This document shows, one piece after another, positions 38,011 to 50,256 of a stretch of DNA of 64,000 nt. A program made the translations under genes and the position numbers. The stretch is from Nymphaea colorata (taxonomy: Eukaryota): the NCBI RefSeq assembly GCF_008831285.2, contig NC_045138.2, forward strand, positions 18,848,001 to 18,912,000, given 5' to 3'. How positions within the stretch are numbered: the stretch's first letter is position 1; the number at the start of each line of letters is the position of its first letter. The notes below the pieces were generated by a model that did not search any database, was not told where the DNA came from, and saw nothing but the letters and a program-made list of their open reading frames with translations.

Positions 38011-39059
38011 CATTATCTATTCTTAGGACCCGGGGCCTCTTGATGTATTTTTGTTTCCAAAATTATATCCTTGCACATGTAAAACTTCATATGTTGTGTG
38101 TCAGTGTTTTAAATAATTGAAGTTTGATCGTTACTTAATTTAGTTCATCCTAATTGATGTTCTGTAAATACCGAAATTGCACGCGGTTAATGGCAATAAA
38201 GGTTTTTTTTTATGTTTGAAAATGGTAAAGGAGAAGCACAGGGTAGATCAACTACCACACCATGTGGTATGTTTGATAAAGATATACCGCCATTATCTTC
38301 AATAATTGTGCATGTGATCATTGATGGCCCTTGTTGCAGATGTCTATTCTTTTTAAAATTTATACGTACATTTTTATTTCAAGTGAATTGGTCAAATGAG
38401 TCTCTTTCTCTCTCCCCTTTAGATAGCTGAACCCAATCAAGAAGCCAACGAAAAGAAAAAAAAATTATGGAAAGGAAAAATCGAGAAAAAGTGAGTGTGC
38501 AGGAATAAATTTACCTGTGTAGCCTCCAACGTTGATTACTGTAAAGAAAAGAAAATGAAAAAGGTAGTAGATTTGGAAACGTTGTTAATCTGAATGCTAA
38601 TTTATGACGTAAAAGAACTAACTTTCAAATGATTGCAGAAATAAAAATTGATATTAGTGTTGGGTCAGGTCACGTCCATATGAAAAAAATTTAATATCCA
38701 ATACGTCAACGCATAGTCATAAGACGCGTACGCCTTATACAAAAAAAGTGTGCTTCAGAAAAAAAAAAAAAAAAAAAAGATGTTTTGAAGCACAAAGGGT
38801 GCGGTGCAGGCACCCCTAATGGTTGAGACTAACACTTTAACCCAAGGTCTTATTCTTATGTAAGATAAACGGTACACCTCAAGGACAGGACCATTTTTAT
38901 GGTTTAAAATCAATTTTTTTTTTAAATAAGAAAGACAAAAGCTGGCAAGATTCTCGATTGACCTTTGGCAGGAAATATAATGTACAGGGAAGGCGCCTTT
39001 CGTGCCCTCCCCTCTTATGCCATGAGATACAAACTGCTTGCTAACTGAGCGATTCAAAT

Positions 39060-39500
39060 GTTATAGTTATCACTATGAAATACATCTTGCTGATGCATAT
39101 TGAGCAGAACTACATAAGCCTCCTAGCTTAGAGTGTACAAAGAATATCTGGCCTCGGCAGATAGGAATTTCCACCTCTTAAGTTCTTATTGCGTATCTCA
39201 ATGTTTGAATTTCCAGTTGGAACGTATAAGCAATGCGAATACAGCATTAGCAAAAACAGAGTCATGCATCAGCCCTAATTCCATATTTATCCATAGAGAA
39301 CTCTCTTATCCGATCTGCTAAAAAGATTAGAAGGAATGATTTAATGTAGTTACAGAAACTTCCACATGGGAGCTGATTGCAGTACTGGAGTAGAAAATGT
39401 GTCAAATGTCAGATTGTTTCCCTTTATATGCCTGCAGTAAAAACCACTTAGCACTATTTGGACCATTATTCCATGTCATCATCTTTCTCCAACCCTTAGC
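39060..39500 (-). mobile_element. LINE remnant, duplicated at ~43790-44200 and ~51640-52080
   Basis: Three near-identical blocks, homologous to the segment that translates IPVCQDQMFFAQSKERGLCI in the 43680-43862 copy. Confidence 0.5.
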
Positions 39501-39681
39501 AGCAATTCCATATAAGCAGGCTGAGTTTTTCTCATTACTCTAACAATTCCTCTAATAATTCTCTCCCGTGGCTTGGGCCACAGAAGATGTTGCTTATAAC
39601 TTTTCATATTTGCTTTAGGTATCCTGCCTCTGCTATGGCTCTTTCTATGTGGCCACCATGGAACACATAAACAGAACAACA

Positions 39682-40335
39682 ATGGCAGAAGATAAGAAAA
39701 AGAACAAGGACATTTGGTTGCAGACATAGAAAAAGAGTATGAATCTTATGATCCTGAATATGAGTTGAAAATGGAAAAAAGTGCATCTGCAGTTGGCCTA
39801 ACGACTTTGCTTTTGCATCAAACCTGTCTATGCACCGCACACACATGGCAACACATGGCATCCGTTGGTGCCTACCACCATGGGAAGGATCACCTACAGC
39901 CCATGGAGCATCACAAAGAGAAAGCTCTCTACAGGATCCTCAAGAAGAGCAAGAACTTAGAGATAGCTACGACAATCGTAATCCAAAATTGATATCAGAT
40001 TCTTTTCTAAGAATGATGCTACTTGATGGGTGCTTCATGCTTGAAGTCTTTCGCGCTACAGTCCGGGACCAAAAAGTTCTGGCACCAAGGATCAGGATGA
40101 TCCTGTTTTTAGTAGGGTTGGGGGGTTATGGGTACTGTGATTCTACGGGTGATGCTGATACTAGAAAACCAAATCCCTCTTCTTGTGTCAAGAAAGTTCC
40201 ACGGAATAGAGGAAATGAGAGAGATGAATGACAATACATATCTCGAAGACTTGTTCAAAAAAGTTTTAGGGTTCAAAGACTTGCCAGTTAATGAACCTAA
40301 TTTGCATATTCTAGACGAGTATAGGAAGTGCTTGA
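39682..40335 (+). pseudogene. 3'-truncated DUF247 pseudogene, copy G (subtype alpha body)
   Basis: Fragments DIEKEYESYDP, MASVGAYHHGKDHLQPMEHHKEKALY, FLRMMLLDGCFMLEVFRA and ENQIPLLVSRKFHGIEEMREMNDNTYLEDLFKK...LHILDEYRKCL lie in shifting frames. Homology stops abruptly after RKCL. Confidence 0.9.
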
Positions 40336-41047
40336 ACTTTCTTTGTCAAGTTTTTATAGTTCCTTGATCATAGAAGCCCAAAGAACTTTTAAATATTTTT
40401 TACCCCATAACACTTCTTAGAGAGATGGCCAATCCACTTTTATTGAATGACGATCATACTTATAAGGGACACTCTATCCATCATCATATATAGATAGATG
40501 GTTGAGAGAAAAATTTAATGAATACTTTCGTCATATATTAATGCATACCTTTTTTTCTTATTTTTTTATCAACAGCGCTTACAGTGAGTTGAGTTACTGG
40601 ATACAACTCAAATACGTAAGAAAATATGAACATAGGTTCATGCATGCTTTGTGTTATTTTAATTTTTAAAAATGATTTTTCTTTGATCACTAACATATAT
40701 AATTCATGGCAGTGCAAATTCTGGCTTTGCAAATTCAGAATACGTCACTCATAAGAGTTTGAAAAAGGCTCTGAAAGTCAGTCGTTCCCCGTTATGTGTC
40801 AGGACCCTCTTTTGTTGCTGGGGTTAATGTCAACTTACAGTGTGTCAAGTTCCATGGTCTGAAAGATCTCAGAAAGTGTCAAGCCAACAAACTTGGACAA
40901 GGACGGCGTTGGCAGAGCAGGATTGGGTGTGTCAGTTTGTTTTTGTTTAAATCGTCATGAGCAAAAGTTTTTGTTGATAATTCTTTGACTAATCAAGATT
41001 TGTAGACTAATCTCCCATAAGATTGCACCAAAAGCTAGTGTAAGTTA

Positions 41048-41202
41048 GGGGACCATTTGGCAAACTGTAATTATTTTATGAAATATGACCAAAAACTTAC
41101 GACAGATTCATGAAATACTTTAAAAAGTGTAATATAAATTTAATCCAATTAAATCATATTCAAGTGACACTTACAAACTATTTCATTTGTCAAATGGGCC
41201 CC
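41048..41202. mobile_element. Tourist/PIF-Harbinger-like MITE
   Basis: Imperfect TIRs GGGGACCATTTGGCAAA / TTTGTCAAATGGGCCCC, flanked by TTA and TAA. Confidence 0.55.
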
Positions 41203-42199
41203 TAAGAGGGTTTGGTTTTCATTACGCACCGTACCAAGGAAGCCATGTTCTCAAAATATTGTAACCCCACCAAACACTAGGCAGAAAAACATGGAAAACA
41301 AAGTGTTTTTTTTGTTTTTCATGAATGCAAAAATGTGTTCAAACCACCCCACCGTTGGAATGGGAAGAAGATTTTTTTTTTTTCTTTTCTCGAAATACTG
41401 ACATCGTTTCTCTAAAGTCTCGCTCTCTCGTCTGTGCAAGTAATCATCTCTCTCTTCCCTCTCTCTCTCTCTCTCTCTTGTCGCTGTTTGTGTGCCTCGA
41501 AGACCATCGAGGTCTACTTCCTCATGTTCTTTTTGTCGCCCTTATTCCTCATTCATCCATCTATTTCGTCTTATTCTTCATTATGCGTTCCTCCTCCTCA
41601 TCTTCTTCTTCTTCTCCATTCTCCGTTCTTCGTTTTCTTCTTCATTTATATCATTCCCCCCTCTTCTCTCTTGTCATTGGTGACTCGATCATTTGAGTTT
41701 TGATCGAAGCTCGTGGAAAGTCGATGGATGAATCTATTGGCAGTTGGAGAGAATGAGGAAAGCGAGTCTTCATCTTTCTTTTCAGAGAATCGTTAGGGTT
41801 CCCACAGTCCAATGTGAGGTAAATGTGTCTTGGTTTTAGTTTCATGTGCATAATGGTCTTCTTTTGTCCGGAGGAGCATTGAATCTAGATGCTACAAGAT
41901 GGAGATTTGTCATCGTTGTCTCAGCATAGGAGTGCTTCGTTTCTAGCTCTAATTTGTTAAAGGGAAGAAAAAGCCATTGATTTTGGGAATTGAATGTCGG
42001 ACACATTTTTCAGCTTTTTTTTTCATTTACTTATTGACTAGTTTTTTGTATATATTTTCTTAAATAGTTTCTTTCATGTAATATTAATTTTAGGTCTCTC
42101 GACTGTGTAAAGAGAGAAAGAGGAAGGAGACTATTTTTATTAATTCATCTGTTTATTCGACCAAAAAAAATCTAAAAAATGATACTGAAACCCTTTTCA

Positions 42200-44200
42200 A
42201 TCCAAGGTCGTTTCCAGAACAACAGTGCAATGGTTTTATCTTCAGGTTATTATTTGATATTCGGTTTTGGGCAAAAAGAAAAGGATGAGAGACGATTATA
42301 ACTGAGGCATTTTATTGACCCCACGATAGAATGGTCACGACGACTTGATGAGATAGCCTGGTGGAATAAGAAGAGCTTTGTGCATGTCTGAAATAAAATC
42401 AAACTTAGCTGTTTGTAAAAGCTTAAGAGGGTCCAGTTCCAGATGGGGTATTCTCATAAGTTGCCTTCATAAGTTCCCTATATTTCGGGGTAAGTTGAAG
42501 GAATATCTCATCCTACTACTCAGCTAGCTGAACCAAAACCTCCACCCTTTTTCCGTCTCCTTAGGGCACCAAAGCATTGTCATAAGTCGGCTATGTTATT
42601 AGAATATGTTTTGCGAGGAGACTCATTTGTATATAGGAGAAGAGGAAAAACATTCAGTGCCAAAATGCACCGCTAAAATAGTCAAAAGGAGGGATCAAAC
42701 ACAAATTTCTTCCAAGATGTTGCACAATTAGGAAGCGCATTTGAGGAAAAAAATTTACAAAACCATCAGTCTCACTTGGTTGGCTAGCTAGCCGGTTCAC
42801 AAAATGAATTGATACCACTAGATGGCGCTTGTTCCTAATAGGTTTTCAGCTGCAAACTTCATGCATTACTTAGGGCAGTAGCCATTTCTAAATATTTCAA
42901 TAACTTCGAGAATGATTGCTTTTGGTATAATGGATCTGCTTAATAGGATTTTAGCTGGAGATGGAATGTCGTTCTTGCCCGTGAAGCGATAATTCATCTG
43001 ATCATCCTTAATTTCGGGATTTCGATAAGCCATCTAGAGGTAATACCCAAAGTAAATCCAACAATAAAGGACATCCCCGGCCAGAAAGTATCATCTTGAG
43101 CAGAAGCTTTTCTACATTTGCAAGCTTCTTTGCACAATCTGATATTCTGCAGATTTTCTACTATGATGACAAAGCTTATTATATGCAGCGAACATCTTAA
43201 ACTATCAAAGAAATTATTACGAAGGACAAGCTTTTTTTTATACATTTTGAGAAAACAAACACCATCTAGAATCATAAAGTTGGTCTTGGTCTCTGATCCG
43301 TGGACTGAGCCTTTCAACAGAGTAAACTAGGGAATTTTATTACTTCAGATTTGAAATCTATGAATCTGATGTGGTAAAAGATTCACAGTAAAGTCCGTCA
43401 TTTATTCAACCAAGGATCTTTATTTAAACCTAAGATCCACACTCGAAACCTTTATTTTATTTGTTTTCTTGGCCTTTACGTTTTCTTCCTTTGTAAATAT
43501 CATCTAATGGTTGATCACGGGCAGTGAAATTTGAACCTGTGTTTTTTCTTCTGGGCTAAAGCATGCCAAGTTGGAAGAGAATTTGTATACGACAGAAGAT
43601 TTTTTTTTAATCCCGTTACTTTCAACAGATCACCACTCAAATTGCTCAAAAAATGGGAAGGCGGTGGACGATTCAGCCGCTAGATCTGGATAGGAAGTTG
43701 AGAGACGTTTCCTGCTTCTGGAACTACAAGCAACTCCCATAGAATAATTGGCATTCGTCTACAAGCAGCAACCCCCATCAAAGAAGCTTGGGCAGAAATA
43801 CATAAGCCTCTTTCCTTAGATTGTGCAAAGAACATCTGGTCTTGGCAGACAGGAATTTTCACCTCTTATGTTCTTATTGCACATGTCAATTTTTGCATTT
43901 CGAGTTCCAACGTATAAGCAATTTGAATAATCAACTCAGCATTAGCAAAAACAAAGCCACATGCATCAGGGCTAATTCCACAATTATCCATAGAAAACTC
44001 TTTTGTCAGATCTGCTAAAAAGATTAGAAGGAATGACTTAATGTAGTCACCGAAACTTCCAAATGGAGGCTGATCGCAGTTCTGCAGTAGAAAATCTGTC
44101 GAGTGTCAGATTGTTGCCCTTTATACTTCTGCAATAGACACCACGTACCACTGTTTGGACCTTTGTTCCTTGTCATCATCTTTCTCCCTCTTATTTCCGT
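42200..44200 (-). mobile_element. Degraded L1-type LINE ORF2 3' region
   Basis: Minus-strand translations QSKERGLCI (like PKxxGGLGI) and AQDDTFW (like the TxFW motif), with many stops and frameshifts. Boundaries are approximate. Confidence 0.5.
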
Positions 44201-44679
44201 TGTCAATGTCCTTTCTAATGGGGGACACCATTGATGTGGGAAAAGGCCACGAAGCAGAGGTCCAAATCTAAGGAGACTTTGAGCGAATAATACCAAAAGC
44301 CGAAGACTGGGGATGTCGCGTTTGCTTGTTGCTGTGAAGAAAAGTCATAGCTGCTCGATCTTATTAGACTTGAATGAGAAAAAGCTACCGGCTTAAATTT
44401 GGCCCAGGGTTCCGAAAATGATTAATTCGTTTTTCTGAACTCTCGAATTTGTCTCCCTGTGGCATTGGCTTCTGAATTTGTGTCTTGTCCGATCTCCCAT
44501 GATGGGGCCCAGTGGAAATTGAAAATGATGCTTGGTATTAGTTCATTCATTGGCTGGCATTAGTCCCACACGGAGAACCCTTCCTAGTATTGACAGTCTC
44601 GATCTATAAGGACCAGACATATCAATAATTCAAATCCAATAATAATAGCACATGGTGTGACTGCTAATTATTAATAGAA

Positions 44680-44850
44680 AAAATGACCCATCCAATATCC
44701 ATATAGACGTTCTTTCTAATAAATGTGGGGAAGACCGATCCTTCAGCAACTTGGCGTCAGACATCTATAGCCAAAACGGAAAAGCAATTCTATATACCGC
44801 CGCTGCCACTCGCCCCGTTTTCCCCACCAGCGCCACTTTCTCAGGTAAGC
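44680..44850 (+). promoter_or_regulatory. TATA box (~44790) and non-coding exon 1 of copy H, donor GT at 44845
   Basis: gcaattCTATATAcc...gccactttctcag|GTAAGC. The acceptor gctttag| is at 46090-46091. Confidence 0.7.
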
Positions 44851-46121
44851 ATTCCAAAACATATATATATATATATATATATATATACTACTTTCGGATG
44901 ACTTTCTTTTGGGGCTCAGGGATGTAACGTTCTCTGTTCCTGCCCTTTATTTTTATTTTTATTTTTTTTGTTCTCTAAGGGCTCTCTTGTTACGTCGGCC
45001 ATTGCTCGACGCACAGGACCATTCGCATCTTATAACATATGGACTGATAAATATTCTAGCCATTATGGAAGCAAAGCAAAATTGAAATAGTCCGTATGGT
45101 AGTTTTGGTTTTAGGTGATGAATGTTATGCTACTATTATCTGGATTTACATTCGAGAAACTACTCATAATCATTAGTTTTGAATTAACATTCAAATCCAA
45201 ATACATAGAATCAAACTCAGTAAAAAAAACTGCATATGCTGCAACTTGTTCCGGCCAGTTTAAAATGTTTACCATACTAACATTATCGTCGTTTTTAAGT
45301 AACAGTTTTACCAACGTGTTTCAAGCATTGATAAAGGCTTCCCTGACTTATTACTTCCATTTGATCCCTTCGTCTTCATCATTCTTCTTCCATCTTTTCT
45401 TTTCTCTTCGTTCTTCCTCCCATCGGCAATTTTCCGCAATGCACTTCTTCTTCATTATGTTTTGGACTGCTTGAAGCTTGTAAAGGTTGGTTCATCAATC
45501 TCCTCTCTCATTTTTTCTAATTCAATATGATTTGAAGTTATAACATGCTGGTAGGATATAGATTTTTCTGCTGAGATCTCAATTTTTTCCTGTAATATAA
45601 GACCGTAAAACTTTTGCAAGAATATTTGTGGACCTTAGCACCTTCAATTTAATATATTAATTATATAAAGCCTCCGCACAGTCACGAAACCGCCAAGTTT
45701 TTTGTAATTTTTGTCATCGCCGGATTTTGTTGTCACATTTGGATCAGGTCTAATTCAAGTATACATATAATTTTTTGTACAATATTTAGTTTGATTGGTT
45801 GTCAATTGAATTTTTTTTTTTTTTTGGCGTATGAATGTTTTTGGTCCCTAGCCTTTTAAGCTACCCACGAAAATTTTGATTTTTGAAAAATTAATTTTTT
45901 GATCTCATCATCCTAGTGGTGACTTAGCTCTTCTCAATGGTCCATTAAATTCTTTATAAATATCGTAGTGTTGCATGTGTTTTTCATCACAAGCAGGTTA
46001 AGTTTCTCTCATTGCTAGGAATTCCTTCAAATAATTTTCTCTTGTGGCTTTGCCCAGGATGTTGCTTATAACTTTTCATTATTTGCTTTAGGTATCCTGC
46101 CTCTGCGGTTGCTCTTTCTGT

Positions 46122-47644
46122 ATGGCAACCATGAGAGACATAAATACAACAGCAATGGCAGAAGAGAAGAAGAAGGACAAGGAGATTTGGCCAATTTGGG
46201 TCATTGACATAGAAAAAGAATATAAATCTTATGATCCTGATGAATATGAGTCAAAGTTGGAAAAAAAGTGCATCTACAGATGGCCCAATAGCCTTGCCAT
46301 TACATCAAGCATGTCCAAGCACCGTACTCCTCACATGGCATCCCTTGGTCCCTACCACCATGGGAAGCAGCACCTGCAGCCCATGGAGCATCACAAAAAG
46401 AGAGCGGTTTACAGGATCCTCAGGAGGAGCGGGGTTTCGCTCTTTAGGTTCCTTGACTCCTTGAAAGGCATAGAGCAAGAACTTAGGGATAGCTACGACA
46501 ATCTTAATCCAAAGTTGTCATCAGATTTAAGAATGATGTTGCTTGATGGGTGCTTCATACTTGAACTCCTATATGGTTTAGATGAAAACAGCTCTGAGAA
46601 CTATGAGCCCTTCTTCAGCAGAAATGGGAAGCTCACATGACTGTGGCTTTACGGGACATGCTGTTGCTAGAAAACCAAATCCCACTCCTTGTCCTAAGAA
46701 AATTAGTCGAGGTAGGGAAATTGTGCGAGGTCAACAGTGACGCATATCTCAATCAATTGATCACACGAATTTATCGGTTGTCCCAAATTGTTGCTTCTAA
46801 TAATTTTCGTATTTCAGAGATTTACCTTGAATTGATCTCTGAATTGATCTCACAAATTTTAGGGTTGAACCAAATGGATGGTTCAAGTTTACATATTTTA
46901 GATATTTACAGGAACTGCTTGATAAGGGGCATCACAACGGAACAACAGAGAACTCCTGATGAAGAAGGCTTCATCAAGTCTGTTTGCATGCATTGTCAAC
47001 CATGGCTGCATGTCATCGGCAAAGGACTTAAGCAGATGCCATTCGCCGTCCCCATCCTGGTCTTTAGGTTTTTAGGCAAACAAATTTCCAAACCAGGAAA
47101 CGTGCGATCAGCAATGAGGTTTCATGAAGCAGGCGTTGAGTTCAAGAAAGCGGAACCCTGTAGCGGGCTAAAAATTACTTTTGACCAAGAACATGGAGTG
47201 CTTACTCTTCCATTCATCTTAATAGAGGACCGCACGGCAGCAATATACATGAACTTGATGGCCTTCGAACGGATGCACCCAAATATTCAAAAGCATGAGG
47301 TGACATCATATGTTGTCTTCATGGACAGCTTGATAGACACAGCTGAGGACGTGAGCCTGCTGTGCTCTCAAGGGATCGTAAGGAACCTTCTCGGCAGTGA
47401 CGAGGATGCTGCCAATGTCTTCAACAAGTTGGGCGATGGCATTGCATACTCCCCAGATGATGAACTCCATTGGCAATTGCAGTCTTATGTTGCCTCAGAT
47501 TGGAATGCGGCGAGAGCATATTTGAAGCGAAACTACTTCCACAACCCATGGTCTATTATGTCTCTACTTGCTGCCATTGCCTTACTGGTTTTAACATTTA
47601 TTCAGACACTATTTACTGTGTTGGCTGAGGCAAAGGGCAAGTGA
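46122..47644 (+). pseudogene. DUF247 copy H (subtype beta): full length but split by a single 1-nt frameshift at ~46637 (recent pseudogene or assembly error)
   Basis: ORFs 46122-46640 and 46637-47644 join into a complete DUF247 protein if one base is added: aagctcacaTGActgtggct versus aagctcacaaatactgtggct in copy I. Confidence 0.85.
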
Positions 47645-47995
47645 TATTATCTATTCTTAGGGATCCGGGGCCTCTTGATGTATTCTTGTTTCCAAATTAT
47701 GGCCTTGTACGGGAATTGGTAAAAGGAAAAGTGAAAATGTAAAACTTCATATGTTGTGTAACAGTGTTTTAAATAATTGAAGTTTGATCGTTACTTAATT
47801 TAGTTCATCTTAATCGATGTTCTGTAGGCGCCATAATTGCATGCGGTTAATGACAATAAAGGTTTTTTTTTTTTTTTGTTATTTTTGTGTTTGAAAAAAG
47901 TAAAGGAGAAGCACAGGTTAGATCAACTACCACACCATGTGGTATCTCTGATAAAGATACACCGCCATTATCTTCAATAATTGTGCATGTGATGC

Positions 47996-48071
47996 TATGC
48001 CACTAAGGTGTGGGGTGTGGATGCCGGTGCGGCACATTTCAAAAAATTTAAGTGCAGCGGTGCGGTGAGAG

Positions 48072-48103
<32 letters not shown>

Positions 48104-50256
48104 TTATTATAATAATAATAATAAGTATATAATATATATGATAAAAAATTGTCATAAATCACAAAATTATTAAATAACAACATCAAAACTACAACAAAAC
48201 TGCAATTTGTTAATCATGATATCATTATCAATCATCAGACTTCACTTCAGTTCAACATTCACAAGAAATATACTCTAGTTTTGAGTTCACAAAATCACAG
48301 TTTATACAGTCATATTTCAGAATTCATATATTGATACATATTACCTCTATTGTCAGAGTTGTGTTCCACTTCCACTTCCACCAATATTTTGATTTTCATC
48401 AATGCTTTCAATGATATCATCATCATCGAATGCCTCAGAAGAAATAACAGCATCAGAAAAATCCATGTTAGCAAGTGAGAAAATCAAAGAAACCAAATCT
48501 TAACATTAAGCACCAATCAAGCATAAGGAGAGCTAACATTTTGATCAACCACTCCATCATGCATATGTTCAGCTCAAGTGCCAATGACACAAGAATAACA
48601 GGAAAAAAAAAACAGAACAACAAAGAGAGAATCTGATATAATCTGATAATTTGAAGCACGACTAACATCATTGTAAAGGCTCACAAAGTCTAAAAACTAT
48701 GATTCTACCCCAAAACCAGACAATCTACGCCTCAACAATGGATCAAGAAACTCATTAAGTAATGTAGTCCCATATTTTCTTGAACATCTTTGCTATCATT
48801 CTCAAACTCATTAAGTAATGCAGTCATGGCGTATGAAACTTGCAAGTAGGCCTGAGAGATGTGTGTGTGTGTGAAATAGAGAGAGAGAGAGAGAGAGACA
48901 GAGAGGGAGGCAGAGAAGGAGAAAGCAATCAAGCATGCTATTTTAGCCAATATAAGAATTAAGAAGTAGAGACAAGCATTTATATGAATGTTAGACCCAG
49001 AATGCACTTCAAAGGTCACGTGGAGGCAACTTGCTTCATGTTTCTATATTTTTAGCTGCTTAAACAAATACAAATTTCCAAAGCTTGGACCTTCAAAGAG
49101 AATAACATTCTGAACTGTCCAACGTACATATGAAGACAGATTTGCCTTTATGTAATAATTTGAGACTTCAATAAACAATGAAAACAGTCTCAAAATGAAA
49201 CATGAAAGGTTATATACTTATATACATAGATGAGTAAACTGAAAGGTATTCAGAAGCGCCTAATTCACTAAGAGTTCACATTATTCTGATAAAAACACAA
49301 ACACAAGAAAAACAAAAGTAATTTTTAATTTTTAAACATATATTCCATGATATTCGATTACTTGTGCCAGGCCAAGGCCAGGCAAGCTAACTAGTTTATT
49401 GTCTAAAGCAGAATAACAGAAAATAGACAGGAAAAAGCAGAAGACCTAAACCAGTTTTTGAAATATTGTAATCATGAAACAAAATCAAAATGCAAAAGAA
49501 TCATGTTCATACATATCACCAGTAAAAAACGTGATGTCTTAAACACTGGGCATACAGGAAGAACAATTTTTTAAATGGTAAAGGTGATGGATAAAGGAGG
49601 AGATCTCATGATATCAAGCACAGTTTCTTTCAGACAAGATGCAACTATTTCCAAAAAGGTAATTTAGTTGTAATCTAGTCAAGCACTAAAAATCAAAACA
49701 GGAAAATGACAGAACAAATTTCTGGTGTCTTCTGTCATATGCTTTCGAGAAGCAGAAGAAAACAAGGCAAAAAAGGTACTGATAAATAACTTTCAACTGA
49801 GCACGTAATGGCAGTGGAAGAAACCTGAAACCAGAAAGACGAAATGGGAAAAACAGTGGAGGGAGACAGACCGCTGGAGAAAACGAACTACCTGAACTAA
49901 TTTGATGCTGCCGGAAGGGATGATCGCAGCCAACACTGGTCGCCGGACAGAGAGGAAGCTACCGCCGGTCGCCGGACAGAGAGGAAGCTACTGCCGGTCG
50001 CCGGACAGGGAGGAAGCTACCGACGGAGGAAGGGATCGCAGCAGAGAACGAAGAAGGCGTTACCAAAGGGGAAAGTCTGTTGAAAATTAAAAAAAAAAAC
50101 CCAAAAAGAAGGACAAAAATGGCCAGATTCGTTTTTTACCGCACCCGATTCGCATTTGACGTGAGTCGGGTGCGAGTCATTCTTAGTCGGCAGCATTGAC
50201 AGTTTTGGGTGAGAATCAAGGTCGCACCTGCACCCGAATCCGCACCCACGTCGTGT
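47996..50256 (-). mobile_element. About 2.3-kb non-autonomous hAT-like insertion, one end truncated
   Basis: Absent from the paralogous flank at ~38310-38330. Starts CTATGCCAC (cf. the TIR CTATGTCAC at 25931) and has GGTGCGG/CCGCACC subterminal repeats. Contains an acidic ORF tail on the minus strand (48466-48353, MDFSDAVISSEAFDDDDIIESIDENQNIGGSGSGTQL*). Confidence 0.7.
49938..50020. repeat. 29-bp tandem repeat, about 3 copies
   Basis: ggtcgccggacagagaggaagctaccgcc repeated inside the hAT-like insertion. Confidence 0.85.

Noticed and set aside
41325..41703. Overlapping Ser/Leu/Phe-rich ORFs
   Set aside because: Products of CT-rich low-complexity DNA in all three frames.
49938..50020. Short direct repeats (also 35000-35099, 35302-35403, 26965-27016) as a CRISPR-like array
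   Set aside because: Head-to-tail tandem duplications without unique spacers, in eukaryotic DNA with no cas genes.
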